64,000 nt of DNA from Desulfonauticus sp. (GTDB taxonomy: Bacteria; Desulfobacterota; Desulfovibrionia; Desulfovibrionales; Desulfonatronovibrionaceae): assembly GCA_030950395.1 (NCBI GenBank), contig JAUZRP010000012.1, forward strand, positions 1,048 through 65,047. The letters run 5' to 3'. Made by a program: the position numbers and the translations under genes. Under the pieces are notes generated by a model. It ran no database searches and was not told the DNA's origin. It saw only the letters and a list, made by a program, of their open reading frames with translations. This document shows, one piece after another, positions 19,809-30,584 of this stretch. Position 1 is the first letter of the stretch. The number at the start of each line of letters is the position of its first letter.

Positions 19809-20756
19809 TTATTCTTTCCCTATCAAAACTTCTAAAGAATAGGTCCTGGACCTAGGTGGAACAAGGCCCTGAGGTCTAAAGATCATCATCACAACCATTG
19901 CAGCACCAAAAATTAACATCCTGGCACTGGCAAATTGCCTAAATAATTCAGGTAAACCTATTATTAAAAAGCTCCCCAAAATAACTCCCCTTATACTACC
20001 CGCCCCACCAAGAATAACAATTACAAACAAAATTACTGATTCCCAAAAGGAAAAAGATTCTGGGGAAATAATGGTCATTTTTGAGGCATAAATATTCCCC
20101 ACAAATCCAGCCCAAATCGCCCCTAAAACAAAGGCCAACAATTTATACTTAGAAACGTTTATCCCGCTTCCTTCTGCTGCCAATTCGTCTTCTTTTATAT
20201 AGTTTAAGGCCCGTCCAAATCTGGAATTCTCAAGCCGATAAAACAAATACACACTTATACCTAAAAAAATCCAGATATAATAAAAAAACTGCTGAGGTTT
20301 TCGAATAACCAAGCCACCCAAACTTGGCCTTGAAATCCCAAAAATACCATTGGAGCCACCCGTTAGACCAAAAATATTATTCACTAAGGCGATCCTTACA
20401 ATTTCAACAATACCAATAGTTACTATCAACAGGTAATCACCGCGTAAATGAATAATAGGTCGGGCCACAAGATAACCAAAAATACCAGCCAACAACCCAC
20501 TAACGGGCATTAACCACAGGATAGGAATGTGGTACATAGTATTCAAAATAGCTGTAGTATATGCTCCTATAGCATAAAAGGCAGCATGTCCCATATGAAA
20601 CAAACCCGTATGCCCCAAAATAATATTTAAACTTAGGGCCAAAATAGCGTAAATACCTATATTATTTAGCACATCAATCCAATAAGCATTTAAAAATAAA
20701 GGAGATAAAAACAAAATTATAACAAAAAGTATTTCTATAAGCATACGTTTTCTCAT
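19809..20756 (-). CDS. livM: branched-chain amino acid ABC transporter permease LivM
   Basis: Polytopic permease with GHTGLFHMGHAAFYAIGAY, positioned between livH and livG. Confidence 0.85.
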   Translation of the reverse strand: MRKRMLIEILFVIILFLSPLFLNAYWIDVLNNIGIYAILALSLNIILGHTGLFHMGHAAFYAIGAYTTAILNTMYHIPILWLMPVSGLLAGIFGYLVARPIIHLRGDYLLIVTIGIVEIVRIALVNNIFGLTGGSNGIFGISRPSLGGLVIRKPQQFFYYIWIFLGISVYLFYRLENSRFGRALNYIKEDELAAEGSGINVSKYKLLAFVLGAIWAGFVGNIYASKMTIISPESFSFWESVILFVIVILGGAGSIRGVILGSFLIIGLPELFRQFASARMLIFGAAMVVMMIFRPQGLVPPRSRTYSLEVLIGKE

Positions 20757-20762
20757 CTTCTA

Positions 20763-21668
20763 CTACACCTTTTCAGCAACTCTTTCGCCTAAAATACCTG
20801 TGGGTCTAACAATCAAAATGACAATTAAAACAAAAAAAGCAATGGCATCTTTCCAAGCAAAGGAAATATAAGCAGCTCCCAAAGACTCTATCACTCCTAA
20901 AATAAGACCACCCAACATAGCCCCTGGAATATTGCCAATCCCACCAATAACAGCAGCAATAAAAGCCTTTAACCCATATAGCCAGCCCATTAAAAAATTT
21001 ACCTGACCATAATATAATCCCACCATAATCCCTGCTGCCCCACCAAGAGCAGGCCCAATAAAAAACACAATAGATATAATTTTATTTACATTAATCCCCA
21101 TTAATCTGGCTGCTCCCTGATCAATAGCTGCAGCCCTAATAGCAGTGCCTGTCTTGGTTTTTTGCACAAACAGATATAAACAAGCCATTAAAATAAATGA
21201 AACAAGCAAAAGCAATATCCTAACAACCGGAATATGCAATTCCAAAATAGTTATATAGGACTTGGGAAGTAAATTGTGAGGATATACCCTAAACTTTGCT
21301 CCATAGATAAGCATCAAACTGTTGGAGAAAAAAATAGACGCACCAAGAGCAGATACAACTGCAGCCAACCTATCTGCCTTTCTTAAAGGACGATATGCTA
21401 CGCGTTCTAAAAGAATGCCAATCAAACCCACCAAACCCATTACCATAAGCATTATGATCAAAATAGCTACAGGAGCACCAACCTTATCGACCAAGCCAAA
21501 AGAAATGAGAAAGGTTAAACCTAAATAAGCCCCAATAGAAAACAAATCCCCATGAGCAAAATTAATCAACTTCATAACCCCATAAACCATAGTATAACCA
21601 AGCGCAATTAAGGCATAAATACTGCCAATAGCAAGACCGTTAGTTAATTGTTGGATAAATAATTCCAT
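20763..21668 (-). CDS. livH: branched-chain amino acid ABC transporter permease LivH
   Basis: MELFIQQLTNGLAIGSIYALIALGYTMVYGV...INFAHGD, the typical LivH N-terminus. Confidence 0.85.
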   Translation of the reverse strand: MELFIQQLTNGLAIGSIYALIALGYTMVYGVMKLINFAHGDLFSIGAYLGLTFLISFGLVDKVGAPVAILIIMLMVMGLVGLIGILLERVAYRPLRKADRLAAVVSALGASIFFSNSLMLIYGAKFRVYPHNLLPKSYITILELHIPVVRILLLLVSFILMACLYLFVQKTKTGTAIRAAAIDQGAARLMGINVNKIISIVFFIGPALGGAAGIMVGLYYGQVNFLMGWLYGLKAFIAAVIGGIGNIPGAMLGGLILGVIESLGAAYISFAWKDAIAFFVLIVILIVRPTGILGERVAEKV

Positions 21669-21715
21669 TACTTTCTATCTCCACTACAAAATTCACTTCA
21701 CAAAAATTAATAAAT

Positions 21716-21747
21716 AAGAGTTGCCTGTTTTTTTACAGACAACTCTT
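21716..21747 (-). terminator. hairpin between livK and livH (possible partial terminator / attenuator)
   Basis: 12-bp stem AAGAGTTGCCTG / CAGACAACTCTT with one G:U-type mismatch around a T/A-rich loop, located in the 272-bp intercistronic gap. Confidence 0.4.
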
Positions 21748-21834
21748 ACCACGATTCCAACTTAAGAAATATCAAAACAAATTAAATTCTTTAACGTAAC
21801 ATTGTTCCTTGTACTTGTTTTACCTATTATTCAA

Positions 21835-21879
21835 CTATTTTCAATAGAACTATTTTCAATAGAGCTATTTTCAATAAAA
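21835..21879. repeat. three tandem 15-bp units, each with an internal palindrome CTATTttcAATAG
   Basis: CTATTTTCAATAGAA / CTATTTTCAATAGAG / CTATTTTCAATAAAA. A weaker fourth copy (CTATTATTCAA) lies just upstream, at about 21824-21834. Confidence 0.8.
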
Positions 21880-21940
21880 CATACTATCACAATTGCTCCA
21901 AACAACTCCCCTACCAACACACAAATTACTAATTACAAAA

Positions 21941-23059
21941 TTATTGCAAAATAAAATTGCCTTTAGCATCCACCCTATAAATTCTATACAAAGCGCCTAC
22001 TCTATCGCCCTTAGAGTCAAAGGCTATCTGACCTGTAAGACCAGACAAGTTCAATTTGTTATGTAAATAATTGGCTAACACATCAGGATCTGTAGATTTA
22101 GTAGCCTTAATTGCTGTAGTTAGAGCTAAAAAACCATCTCCAGAAAGCACGGCCCAAACAGAACCAGGCAAGCTATTATATTTTCTCTTATAAGCAGCCA
22201 AAAAATCTTTGGCTTCCTTTGTATCTAAATCTTGAGGAACAGGTGGACTTAAAAACAAAAAGCCCTTAGCTGCATCCTTACCTGCTATTTTAACTAAATC
22301 TGGATTATTGGTAGCATCTCCACCTATAAACTGCACATTCCACCCCATTTCCATTTTTTGTCTAAGCAACAAACCTGCTTCCGGATAATATCCAGTAAAA
22401 AAGACCACATCTGGATTTTTAGCTTTTAGATTGGTTAAAATAGGAGAATAATCACTTTCTCCCGGAGTTAAGGCATCAAAAAATACTATATTTAAGCCTT
22501 TTTTTTGCAGTAAACTCTTTGTTTCCTCTGCTAATCCTCTGGCATAGGTAGTATTGTCGTGCAATATAGCTACTCGCTTAAACCCAGACTTCATAATATA
22601 TTCTGCTGCTACCTTACCCTGTTCATCATCCCTGGGACAAGTTCTAAAAAAATATTTTAACCCCTTTTCTGTAAGCCTGATAGCAGTAGATCCATTCGCA
22701 ATTTGAATAATTTTACTCTCATTAAAAATATTTTGAGTTGCCTCAGTAACAGAAGAGCCATAAGTACCAATCACACCTACAATATCTTGAGAAGATAGAC
22801 GTTGAGCGGCCAAAGCAGCAGTCCTGGGATCTCCCCCATCATCCTCCACTATAACTTCTACTTTTTTTCCAAGCAAACCTCCCTTGGTATTAATCTGCTC
22901 TGCCAACAGCTTAACTATTTTTTCCATATCCTGTCCTTCACTAGCCCAGGACCCGGTTAAAGGACAAATCAAACCTATTTTTATAGTTTTGGCCAAAACA
23001 GGATTGGAAACACAAACTAATCCCAACACAAAGAAAAACAAAACACTGAACTTCTTCAT
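21941..23059 (-). CDS. livK: Leu/Ile/Val-type periplasmic substrate-binding protein (LivK/LivJ family)
   Basis: Signal peptide, then IKIGLICPLTGSWASEGQDM and the overall PBP type-1 pattern. Located upstream of livHMGF. Confidence 0.85.
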   Translation of the reverse strand: MKKFSVLFFFVLGLVCVSNPVLAKTIKIGLICPLTGSWASEGQDMEKIVKLLAEQINTKGGLLGKKVEVIVEDDGGDPRTAALAAQRLSSQDIVGVIGTYGSSVTEATQNIFNESKIIQIANGSTAIRLTEKGLKYFFRTCPRDDEQGKVAAEYIMKSGFKRVAILHDNTTYARGLAEETKSLLQKKGLNIVFFDALTPGESDYSPILTNLKAKNPDVVFFTGYYPEAGLLLRQKMEMGWNVQFIGGDATNNPDLVKIAGKDAAKGFLFLSPPVPQDLDTKEAKDFLAAYKRKYNSLPGSVWAVLSGDGFLALTTAIKATKSTDPDVLANYLHNKLNLSGLTGQIAFDSKGDRVGALYRIYRVDAKGNFILQ

Positions 23060-23542
23060 ATGCCCCTCCTAAAACTTTTAATACCTTGTTTTTTAACAAC
23101 ACCTATCCCCCTTACAAAAAATTTCATCAAAAACTAGTTTAATTCCTATAACTCACGTCTCAAAGCTAATGATAGTTAACCGTGATAATAAATAGGGGAT
23201 GATGTATCCTAAGGCTGGCTAAATTAGGTAACCATTTTTTAGCTTTTATGAACAAATAAAACTTAGCCAACCGCTATTAACGATTTTCCAAACCTAAAAG
23301 TTTAATTCATTGTCCTAAAAAACAGAGTTAAAAAATGTTTAGGTCCTTTTCAAATATATAATAATTTAAAGCAGATACAACTAATAATAAAATTACGGCA
23401 AAACACTTCTAAAAATTTTTAAGTCCAAAAGACCGTTAAGGAGAAAATTTTAACCAATTTTTTCTAAAACGTAAACTTTTGATTTAATTTGTTTAACAGT
23501 AATTTTTTAGAGACTTTTGCTAAATTTATTAGATATTAAAAA

Positions 23543-23566
23543 AGCCCTGTTCAAAAGAACAGGGCT
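23543..23566. terminator. intrinsic terminator after qmoC
   Basis: Stem AGCCCTGTTC / GAACAGGGCT with loop AAAA. A-run on the left and T-run on the right. Confidence 0.7.
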
Positions 23567-23591
23567 TTTTTAAAAAACAATTTGAGGGAAA

Positions 23592-24737
23592 CTACTCGTC
23601 CAAACCTTTTCTGCCAATCTGTCTAGCATAAGCCAAGGCCACTGTCCTATAGACTAAATGAGCCAACTTGGTCCAGGGCAAATAAGCAATAAGCATAAAA
23701 ACAAACACAAGATGTAAATAATATACAGGATAGGCCAAACCAGGCACGTTAGCCAATCTTAAAACCTCACTACCAATACCTGTTAAACCAACAGCCCAAA
23801 TCACACCCAATAAATACCAATCATAATACGAGCTAACAGACTTAGCAGGATCAGTATTCAATCTCATTCTGGTAATTAATACCAAACCAGCAATCAACAA
23901 GATAGCCCCTATATTGGCCAACCACTTAATAGGATTAAGCAAACTAAGAGGTGTATGCAACTGATGTCCTATTAGCTTACCACCCCAATGACCAACAGCA
24001 ACTATAGAGGTAACAATCAATAAAGCCACAAAACCATAAAACAAAAGCAAATGTCCCTGATATCTTTCAGCATTAGAAGAACATTTTTGAAATTTACTGT
24101 GTGTAATAATCTCTTCTTTTACTATATCTATTAAACACTTCCAGAAACTAGGAGCATCTTCCTTTGGCACATAACCACTACTTTTAAAAGAGTTAAATAA
24201 ATTTCCTATAGCAGAAGCAAAAGTAAACAAAACAAAAATAGCTACTAACCCAAATACAGGGTCTATTGTATAATCCCCAGGAAACACTTTACCAAACTCT
24301 ATGGTGCCAGCAGGAATAGTCAAGCCAGTAGTAAATCCCCAAATAATAAGATAAAGTAAAGCGGGAATACCAAACAAAATAGGTAAATACCTTGCTGAGC
24401 TTAACCATTTGCCCAAAATAGCTGGTTTGGCCAATGAACGATAAGCCATATTCCTCAGAGCAGCTAACACATCTCCAGGACTTGCCCCTCTAGGACACAG
24501 ATCTGAACATTCTCCACAGTTATGACACAACCAAATATCAATGTCATTTACCAACTTATCCTTTAATCCCCACTGAGCCCAAATCATCTCTTTTCTGGGA
24601 AAAGGATTTTCCTCAGGAGATAAAGGACAAATCACACTACAGGTGGCGCATTGATAACATTTTTTCAGGGACTCCCCACCTGCCTCTTGCAACTCCTTAA
24701 TAAACTGAATATCAGGTTCAATTTTTAATCTAGCCAT
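23592..24737 (-). CDS. qmoC: quinone-interacting membrane-bound oxidoreductase subunit QmoC
   Basis: Two 4Fe-4S motifs (CYQCATCSVICP, CHNCGECSDLCP) followed by about 6 TM helices (HdrC/HdrE-like), directly downstream of qmoAB. Confidence 0.85.
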   Translation of the reverse strand: MARLKIEPDIQFIKELQEAGGESLKKCYQCATCSVICPLSPEENPFPRKEMIWAQWGLKDKLVNDIDIWLCHNCGECSDLCPRGASPGDVLAALRNMAYRSLAKPAILGKWLSSARYLPILFGIPALLYLIIWGFTTGLTIPAGTIEFGKVFPGDYTIDPVFGLVAIFVLFTFASAIGNLFNSFKSSGYVPKEDAPSFWKCLIDIVKEEIITHSKFQKCSSNAERYQGHLLLFYGFVALLIVTSIVAVGHWGGKLIGHQLHTPLSLLNPIKWLANIGAILLIAGLVLITRMRLNTDPAKSVSSYYDWYLLGVIWAVGLTGIGSEVLRLANVPGLAYPVYYLHLVFVFMLIAYLPWTKLAHLVYRTVALAYARQIGRKGLDE

Positions 24738-24748
24738 CTTTTATCCTC

Positions 24749-27037
24749 CTAGAAACCCTTAAATGGATTAGGTCCAAAACCTTCTATTTCTTCAACAAAT
24801 TGATCAATAATCTCAGGAATTTTGTCATAATCATCTATAGCCACTTCTACCTGTTTTACCCTTTCGGCCTCTACCTGTAGTTTAGCCAATGTTTCAGAGA
24901 TATTATCCATCCTGCGATTACACAATTCACTACCCTTCATAAAGTGACATTGATAATCATCACCATATTTACAACCTAATAACAACACGCCGTCAATACC
25001 TTTAGACATAGCTTCAGCAATCCACTGCGTATTTACAGAACCAAGACATCTTACAGGAACAAAACGCACATAAGCAGACCACTTCTTGCCTCTCAGAGCG
25101 GCCATATCCAAAGCAGGATAAGCATCATTTTCACAACATAAAACCAAAAATCTATAACCACCTTCTTCTTCATCCTCAGGAACCTGAATAGAGGTAATCA
25201 TATCATTAATCATCGTGATGGAATAATTATCAAAGGAGATAACTCGTTCTGGACAGGCCCCCATACAAGTACCGCATCTGCGGCATCTTGTCGGATTTGG
25301 TTTGGGCGTACCTTTCTCGTCGTCATCCAAAGCACCAAAAGGACACTCTTCTGTACATCTCTTACACTGGGTACAACGGGTAAAGTTAAACTTAGGATAA
25401 GACATATCCCCAGATCTGGGATGGACAGCTACGCCTCTATTGGCAGACTCTATACATTGAATTGCTTTTAAAGCAGCTCCTGTTGCATCCTCTTTGGCTG
25501 CTACCAATCCCATAGGCTGTCTGACGCACCCTGCAGCATAAATCCCTGTCCTTCTAGTTTCGTAAGGGAAACAAATATAGTTGGAATCTGCAAACCCATC
25601 AAAAAGCATCAAATCTGGAAAAGTGGGTCCCTGCCTGTAATCTAATTTTAAACAAGAAATCTCTCTTAACTTGGCCAATCTTGGATCCTCTCCCCCTTCT
25701 TCCTCTTCTTTTTTCTCCTCCTCTTCTCCTGAAGCCTGTTGTTTTAGTTCAAATTCCAGTTTTGCTTCTTCTAAAGTGGTGGGGACCATACCTGTAGCCA
25801 AAACGACCATATCTACTTTTACTTCTAAATCCTCACCTAACAAAGTATCCTTTACCCGCACAATAACTTGATCCCCATCTTCTACAATCTCTTCAATCTC
25901 TGCTTTAGTTAAAAATATACCAGGATCATCCTGGGCAGATTTATAATAGTTTTCAAAAATTCCTGTAGTGCGCATATCTTTATAAAAAATATAAGCCTTT
26001 GCATCTTCGGAAAGTTCGCGTACGTAATTGGCCTGTTTTAAAGAGACAAGACAACAAATAGAAGAACAATAAGGCAAGTGCTCAGGATCTCTTTGTCCTG
26101 CACATTGAATAAAAGCCACACTCTTTACAGCGGCCCCATCAGAAGGTCTTTTAATACCTTCTTTAGCTAAAGCTTCAAATTCTACATTTGTAACTACATT
26201 TTTTATTTTACCATACCCAAGATCAGACAATTTAGAAGCATCATAGGGCTTCCAACCAGTGGCTAAAATAATTGCACCTATTTTTAAATTTTGCTCCTCT
26301 TCCCCAACTTTTACTTTAACTTCATAAGTCCCAGGAGCTCCACTGATCTTTTCAATCTGAGCTGAAGTAAGAACCTTTATTTTGTCATTATCCTGCACTG
26401 CTGAAATTAACTGGGCAATATCATTTTCTTCTGTAGCAGTAAAAGGATAAGTAGAAGGCGTTCTTTTATACATTTTAGCAGCAAAACCGCCTAGCTCAGC
26501 TTCTTTTTCTACTAAAACCACATCATATCCAGCCTTAGCTGCATCCAAGCTAGCATTCAATCCTGTAAAACCACCACCAACGACCAAAATAGTTTTAGCA
26601 ATTTCTGGAATTTCAGGTTCAGGAACTTCTATTTTCTCTAGCTTAGCTACAGCCATTTTGATATAATCCTGAACCATCATAGTAAGAGGATCGGCCTCTA
26701 ATTCTGTCTCCTCATAAGGAGGCAAATCTGGTTCTTTATAGGACCAAACAGCAAGCTCTCTAATATTTGCTCTTTCCACTACAACTTCAGGACCAAAGTC
26801 AAATACATCCCAATTTACACGAGGAGAACAACCAGCAATACATACTCCATTAATGCCTTCATTTTCAATGTCTTTTTTTATTTCTTCTAAACCAGCCTGT
26901 CCACATAAAAAAGGAAGCTCTTTAATGATAGCAGGAGAACACTCGTCATCTATATATTCTTTTACTTTCTCTATATCTACTTTGTTACCTATATCGCAAC
27001 CTGTGCAGATATATACCCCAATTTTTCTGTCTGCCAT
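24749..27037 (-). CDS. qmoB: QmoB (HdrA-like flavoprotein with ferredoxin and MvhD-like domains)
   Basis: FAD motif VVGGGFTGLNASL, Cys clusters CTQCKRCTEECP and CRRCGTCMGACP, and a C-terminal MvhD-like region. Lies in the apr-qmo context. Confidence 0.9.
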   Translation of the reverse strand: MADRKIGVYICTGCDIGNKVDIEKVKEYIDDECSPAIIKELPFLCGQAGLEEIKKDIENEGINGVCIAGCSPRVNWDVFDFGPEVVVERANIRELAVWSYKEPDLPPYEETELEADPLTMMVQDYIKMAVAKLEKIEVPEPEIPEIAKTILVVGGGFTGLNASLDAAKAGYDVVLVEKEAELGGFAAKMYKRTPSTYPFTATEENDIAQLISAVQDNDKIKVLTSAQIEKISGAPGTYEVKVKVGEEEQNLKIGAIILATGWKPYDASKLSDLGYGKIKNVVTNVEFEALAKEGIKRPSDGAAVKSVAFIQCAGQRDPEHLPYCSSICCLVSLKQANYVRELSEDAKAYIFYKDMRTTGIFENYYKSAQDDPGIFLTKAEIEEIVEDGDQVIVRVKDTLLGEDLEVKVDMVVLATGMVPTTLEEAKLEFELKQQASGEEEEKKEEEEGGEDPRLAKLREISCLKLDYRQGPTFPDLMLFDGFADSNYICFPYETRRTGIYAAGCVRQPMGLVAAKEDATGAALKAIQCIESANRGVAVHPRSGDMSYPKFNFTRCTQCKRCTEECPFGALDDDEKGTPKPNPTRCRRCGTCMGACPERVISFDNYSITMINDMITSIQVPEDEEEGGYRFLVLCCENDAYPALDMAALRGKKWSAYVRFVPVRCLGSVNTQWIAEAMSKGIDGVLLLGCKYGDDYQCHFMKGSELCNRRMDNISETLAKLQVEAERVKQVEVAIDDYDKIPEIIDQFVEEIEGFGPNPFKGF

Positions 27038-27040
27038 TGT

Positions 27041-28282
27041 TTACCTCCTGACCAAATTTTGAATAGCTTTTAACGCCGCACCTGTTGCAGTCTCTGCTGA
27101 AGTCATAACATCCAAAGGCATTTTAGCGCAACCAGCGGCAAAAATTCCCTTCTCTTCTCCACTTACAACAAAACCCTCTTTCACTTCTACATCAAATACC
27201 CCTTCCACACCATCTAAAGAAGGTTGCATACCAGTAGCCAGTACTACCAAATCATATACTTCTTCTTTTTTAACTCCTTCTATAATGTCTTCAGCCGTTA
27301 CAATGACATTGCCTTCTCCATCTTCTTCTAATTTGGCTACCTTTCCTTTAACCATTTTTATCTTTTCATCTTCTTGCACTTTTTTAAGAAACTTCTCATA
27401 CCTTCCAGGAGCTCTCAAATCTATATAATATATAACTATCTCCGCATCAGGATATTGTTCTCTAATGTAGATACACTGTTTTAAAGAAGCCATACAGCAA
27501 ATATAAGAACAATAATTTAAATGATTCTGATCTCTTGAACCTGCACACTGAACAAAGGCAATTTTCTTAGGTTCTTTATTGTCTGATGGACGTAAAATTT
27601 TACCACCTGTAGGACCATTGGCAGCAGCCAATCTCTCCATTTGCATATTAGTAATGGCATTTTTTATCTGCCCAGCACCTAAATTGGTAAGCTTGGTTAT
27701 ATCATAAGGCTTCCAACCAGTAGCAATAACAATAGAACCCACATTTAAGACAATCTCTTTTTCTTGGTCCTCCAGATTAATGGCCTTATATTCACAAACA
27801 CTTAAACATTTTCCACAGGAAGTCCCACTACAAACATCTCCATCAATTACATAACGTTGAGGCATTGCCATAGGATGAGACAAATAAATAGCTTTTGTTT
27901 TACCCAAACCAAAATCAAAATCACTTTCTCTTTCTACAGGACAGACCTCAACACACTTGCCACAGGCAGTACAGTTATTATTTACAAATCTAGGTCTAAT
28001 CTTCAAAGTTACCTCATAATTTCCAGGACTACCACTAATCTTTGTAACTTCGGATAAGGTAAAAAACTTAACTTTAGGATTCTTTTTAATCCTCTGAAAA
28101 TTAATCTCCAAACCACAAGTGGGAGGACAAAGTTTGGGAAAATACTTATTCAATTGACTTACTCGTCCACCCAAATAAGGCTCTTTTTCTACTATAAAAA
28201 CCTCATACCCCACTTCGGCAGCTTCCAGGGCCGCAGTAAGACCACTAAAGCCACCGCCCACAATTAAAATACTATTACTCAT
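27041..28282 (-). CDS. qmoA: QmoA (HdrA-like flavoprotein)
   Basis: ILIVGGGFSGLTAALEAA and CTACGKCVEVCP, located between aprA and qmoB. Confidence 0.9.
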   Translation of the reverse strand: MSNSILIVGGGFSGLTAALEAAEVGYEVFIVEKEPYLGGRVSQLNKYFPKLCPPTCGLEINFQRIKKNPKVKFFTLSEVTKISGSPGNYEVTLKIRPRFVNNNCTACGKCVEVCPVERESDFDFGLGKTKAIYLSHPMAMPQRYVIDGDVCSGTSCGKCLSVCEYKAINLEDQEKEIVLNVGSIVIATGWKPYDITKLTNLGAGQIKNAITNMQMERLAAANGPTGGKILRPSDNKEPKKIAFVQCAGSRDQNHLNYCSYICCMASLKQCIYIREQYPDAEIVIYYIDLRAPGRYEKFLKKVQEDEKIKMVKGKVAKLEEDGEGNVIVTAEDIIEGVKKEEVYDLVVLATGMQPSLDGVEGVFDVEVKEGFVVSGEEKGIFAAGCAKMPLDVMTSAETATGAALKAIQNLVRR

Positions 28283-28479
28283 GCCAATCCTCCCTCATTA
28301 TCCAAAAGTATTATCACCACTAATCAAATGGCCCAAGTCAAAACTTGCCCCAAGCTCTGACTTAGACCATTTGCAACACACTCCTCTGACAAAAAGTATG
28401 TTTTTAATAGACAGTGTCGAACTCGATCAAGTATTGGTCAACTCTTATCTCAATTAAATTAAAAAAAATTTAAACAAAA

Positions 28480-28507
28480 AACTGGCTGCAGCACGCTGCA
28501 GCCAGTT
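28480..28507 (-). terminator. hairpin plus T-run after aprA (partial terminator between aprBA and qmoABC)
   Basis: Perfect 12-bp stem AACTGGCTGCAG / CTGCAGCCAGTT with loop CACG. On the minus strand it is followed by a T-rich tract. Confidence 0.6.
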
Positions 28508-28520
28508 AAACATCCCTCTC

Positions 28521-30545
28521 TTATGGATGCATTGGATCTGGGATAATCTGAATATAAGGTCTCTTAAAGAATTTGATCTCACCAGTTTCAGGATTAAACT
28601 TAGAATTAGTGAAGCACTTCCACTCTTCATCATTGAGATCCATATAATCTGCACGATAGTAGAAACCAGGATAACGAGTTTCCTTACGGAACTTAATGTG
28701 TAAAACGTGCAAACGAACTGTCCAGAGTCTGTGATAGTTTTCCCAGGCTCTCAAAAGTTCGTGTAAATCACGAGCACAAAGTTTCTCAGAATCTTCTTCT
28801 AACAAATCTAACAAGTGCTCACAAGTCTTAAGCAAAGTATCAGAAGTTACATAATAAGTAGCACAACCACCACCGTACTCGTCTGTAGCTTTAATCAAAC
28901 GGAACATAAAGTTACGAGGAGTAATATATTTGGGGTTAATATCAGGAGCAGTAGTAATATCTTTGTGTTCCTGGAAATTATACCAAGGTTTGTAGATTAA
29001 GTTTTTCAATTCTTCAGCACTTTCTTTAATGGTTGGTTGATAATCTTTGTGATCTACAACCCAACGAACCAATTGCTTACCTGCAATACGTCCCTCAGCA
29101 TGAGAACCAGAAGAGAACTTATGACCAGAAGCACCAACACCATCAGCAGCAGTAAACAAACCGTTTACAGTGGTCATACGATTGTAAACTTTACCATTAT
29201 CAGCTTTAATCTTATATTCTTCAGGTACCCAATCTTCGTCTGGACCAGAAACCCAAATACCACAACAACCAGAGTGAGAACCCAAGAGATATGGCTCTGT
29301 AGGCATAATTTCAGAACCAACTTTCTCAGGCTCAATGTTCAAACAGGCCCACAAGTTAGCCTGACCAACACACATGTCTAAGAAGTCTTCCCAAGCTTCT
29401 GCTTCTAAGTGTTTTTGTTCTTTTTTGCTCAAGGTTTTAAAGGTTTCCTGCAAAGCAGTAGCAGTGTCCATAAAAATAGGACCATTACCCTCTTTCATCT
29501 CTTTTAACATCATGTGGTTACGCAAACAGGTAGGAATAATAGGTCCATGAGCATAACCCTTTTCTTCGTACTGTTTGAGCATGTCGCGGTTGGTTACGCA
29601 GTAATCTTCACCCTTAGCATTAGTAGCTTTAGCCTTAAACAATAAGAACCAAGCACCAACAGGACCATAACCGTCTTTAAAACGAGCAGGAACGAATCTG
29701 TTTTCCATCATGGTCATCTCAGCACCAACCTGAGAACAAAGAGTATAAGTAGAACCAGCATTCCATACAGGATACCATGCGCGACCCATACCTTCACCAG
29801 TGGAACGAGGACGATAAACATTAACAGCACCACCACAAGCTACCAACATAGCATTACATTTAATGATATATACTTTGTTTTCCCGCAAAGAAAAACCAAC
29901 AGCAGCAGCAACGCGGTTAGGCACATTAGCATCCAAAAGAAGTTTTACGATAAAAATTCTTTCAAGATAACCAGCAGCCTTACCATCTTCTTCTCTAAAT
30001 TCACCAAGAGCATTTTTAGCAGCTTCTGCTACGATACATTTATAAGACTCACCATTGATCATGATCTGCCAACGACCAGAACGTACAGGCTTAGCGCCTT
30101 CTCTAACCTGCAAACCTTTCTTTTTGGCTTGAGCACCATCTAAACGTTTGCCATCTTCTGTTTGTACCCAAAGAGGAAGACCCCATTCCTCAAAAAGATG
30201 AACAGAATCATCAACGTGACGACCCAAGTCAAAAATTAAGTCCTCACGAACAATCCCCATAAGGTCTGTTCTAACCATGCGAACATAATCATCAGGAGTA
30301 TTTTCACCAAGATAAGTATTTATAGCAGAAAGACCCTGAGCCACAGCACCAGATCTTTCCAAAGCGGCTTTATCTACCAATAATACTTTTACACCATACT
30401 TATCGGCCCATCTTTTGGCCTCAAAAGCAGCTCCACAACAACCCATACCACCACCAACTAAAAGCACGTCAGTGGTTAGCTCTACGATTTCTGGTTCAGC
30501 CAAAGGCAACCCTAATGGCTTAGCCTTAGCAGGAATCTGAGGCAT
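28521..30545 (-). CDS. aprA: adenylylsulfate (APS) reductase alpha subunit
   Basis: FAD motif LLVGGGMGCCGAAFEA. Long identity-type stretches typical of AprA (SGAVAQGLSAINTY, GPIFMDT). Adjacent to aprB and sat. Confidence 0.95.
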   Translation of the reverse strand: MPQIPAKAKPLGLPLAEPEIVELTTDVLLVGGGMGCCGAAFEAKRWADKYGVKVLLVDKAALERSGAVAQGLSAINTYLGENTPDDYVRMVRTDLMGIVREDLIFDLGRHVDDSVHLFEEWGLPLWVQTEDGKRLDGAQAKKKGLQVREGAKPVRSGRWQIMINGESYKCIVAEAAKNALGEFREEDGKAAGYLERIFIVKLLLDANVPNRVAAAVGFSLRENKVYIIKCNAMLVACGGAVNVYRPRSTGEGMGRAWYPVWNAGSTYTLCSQVGAEMTMMENRFVPARFKDGYGPVGAWFLLFKAKATNAKGEDYCVTNRDMLKQYEEKGYAHGPIIPTCLRNHMMLKEMKEGNGPIFMDTATALQETFKTLSKKEQKHLEAEAWEDFLDMCVGQANLWACLNIEPEKVGSEIMPTEPYLLGSHSGCCGIWVSGPDEDWVPEEYKIKADNGKVYNRMTTVNGLFTAADGVGASGHKFSSGSHAEGRIAGKQLVRWVVDHKDYQPTIKESAEELKNLIYKPWYNFQEHKDITTAPDINPKYITPRNFMFRLIKATDEYGGGCATYYVTSDTLLKTCEHLLDLLEEDSEKLCARDLHELLRAWENYHRLWTVRLHVLHIKFRKETRYPGFYYRADYMDLNDEEWKCFTNSKFNPETGEIKFFKRPYIQIIPDPMHP

Positions 30546-30584
30546 ATCTTTACCCTCCTTAGTTTAAATTCGTTAAATTAAAAA

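Noticed and set aside
28815-29381. Antisense or alternative-frame ORFs inside long genes. Examples: 28815-29000 and 29037-29381 in aprA, 32139-32544 in sat, 5925-6545 in ppaC, 15097-15819 in the helicase, and 49829-52757 in the cas genes.
   Set aside because: These are typical shadow ORFs opposite or within strongly supported genes. They have low-complexity products and no RBS or start context.
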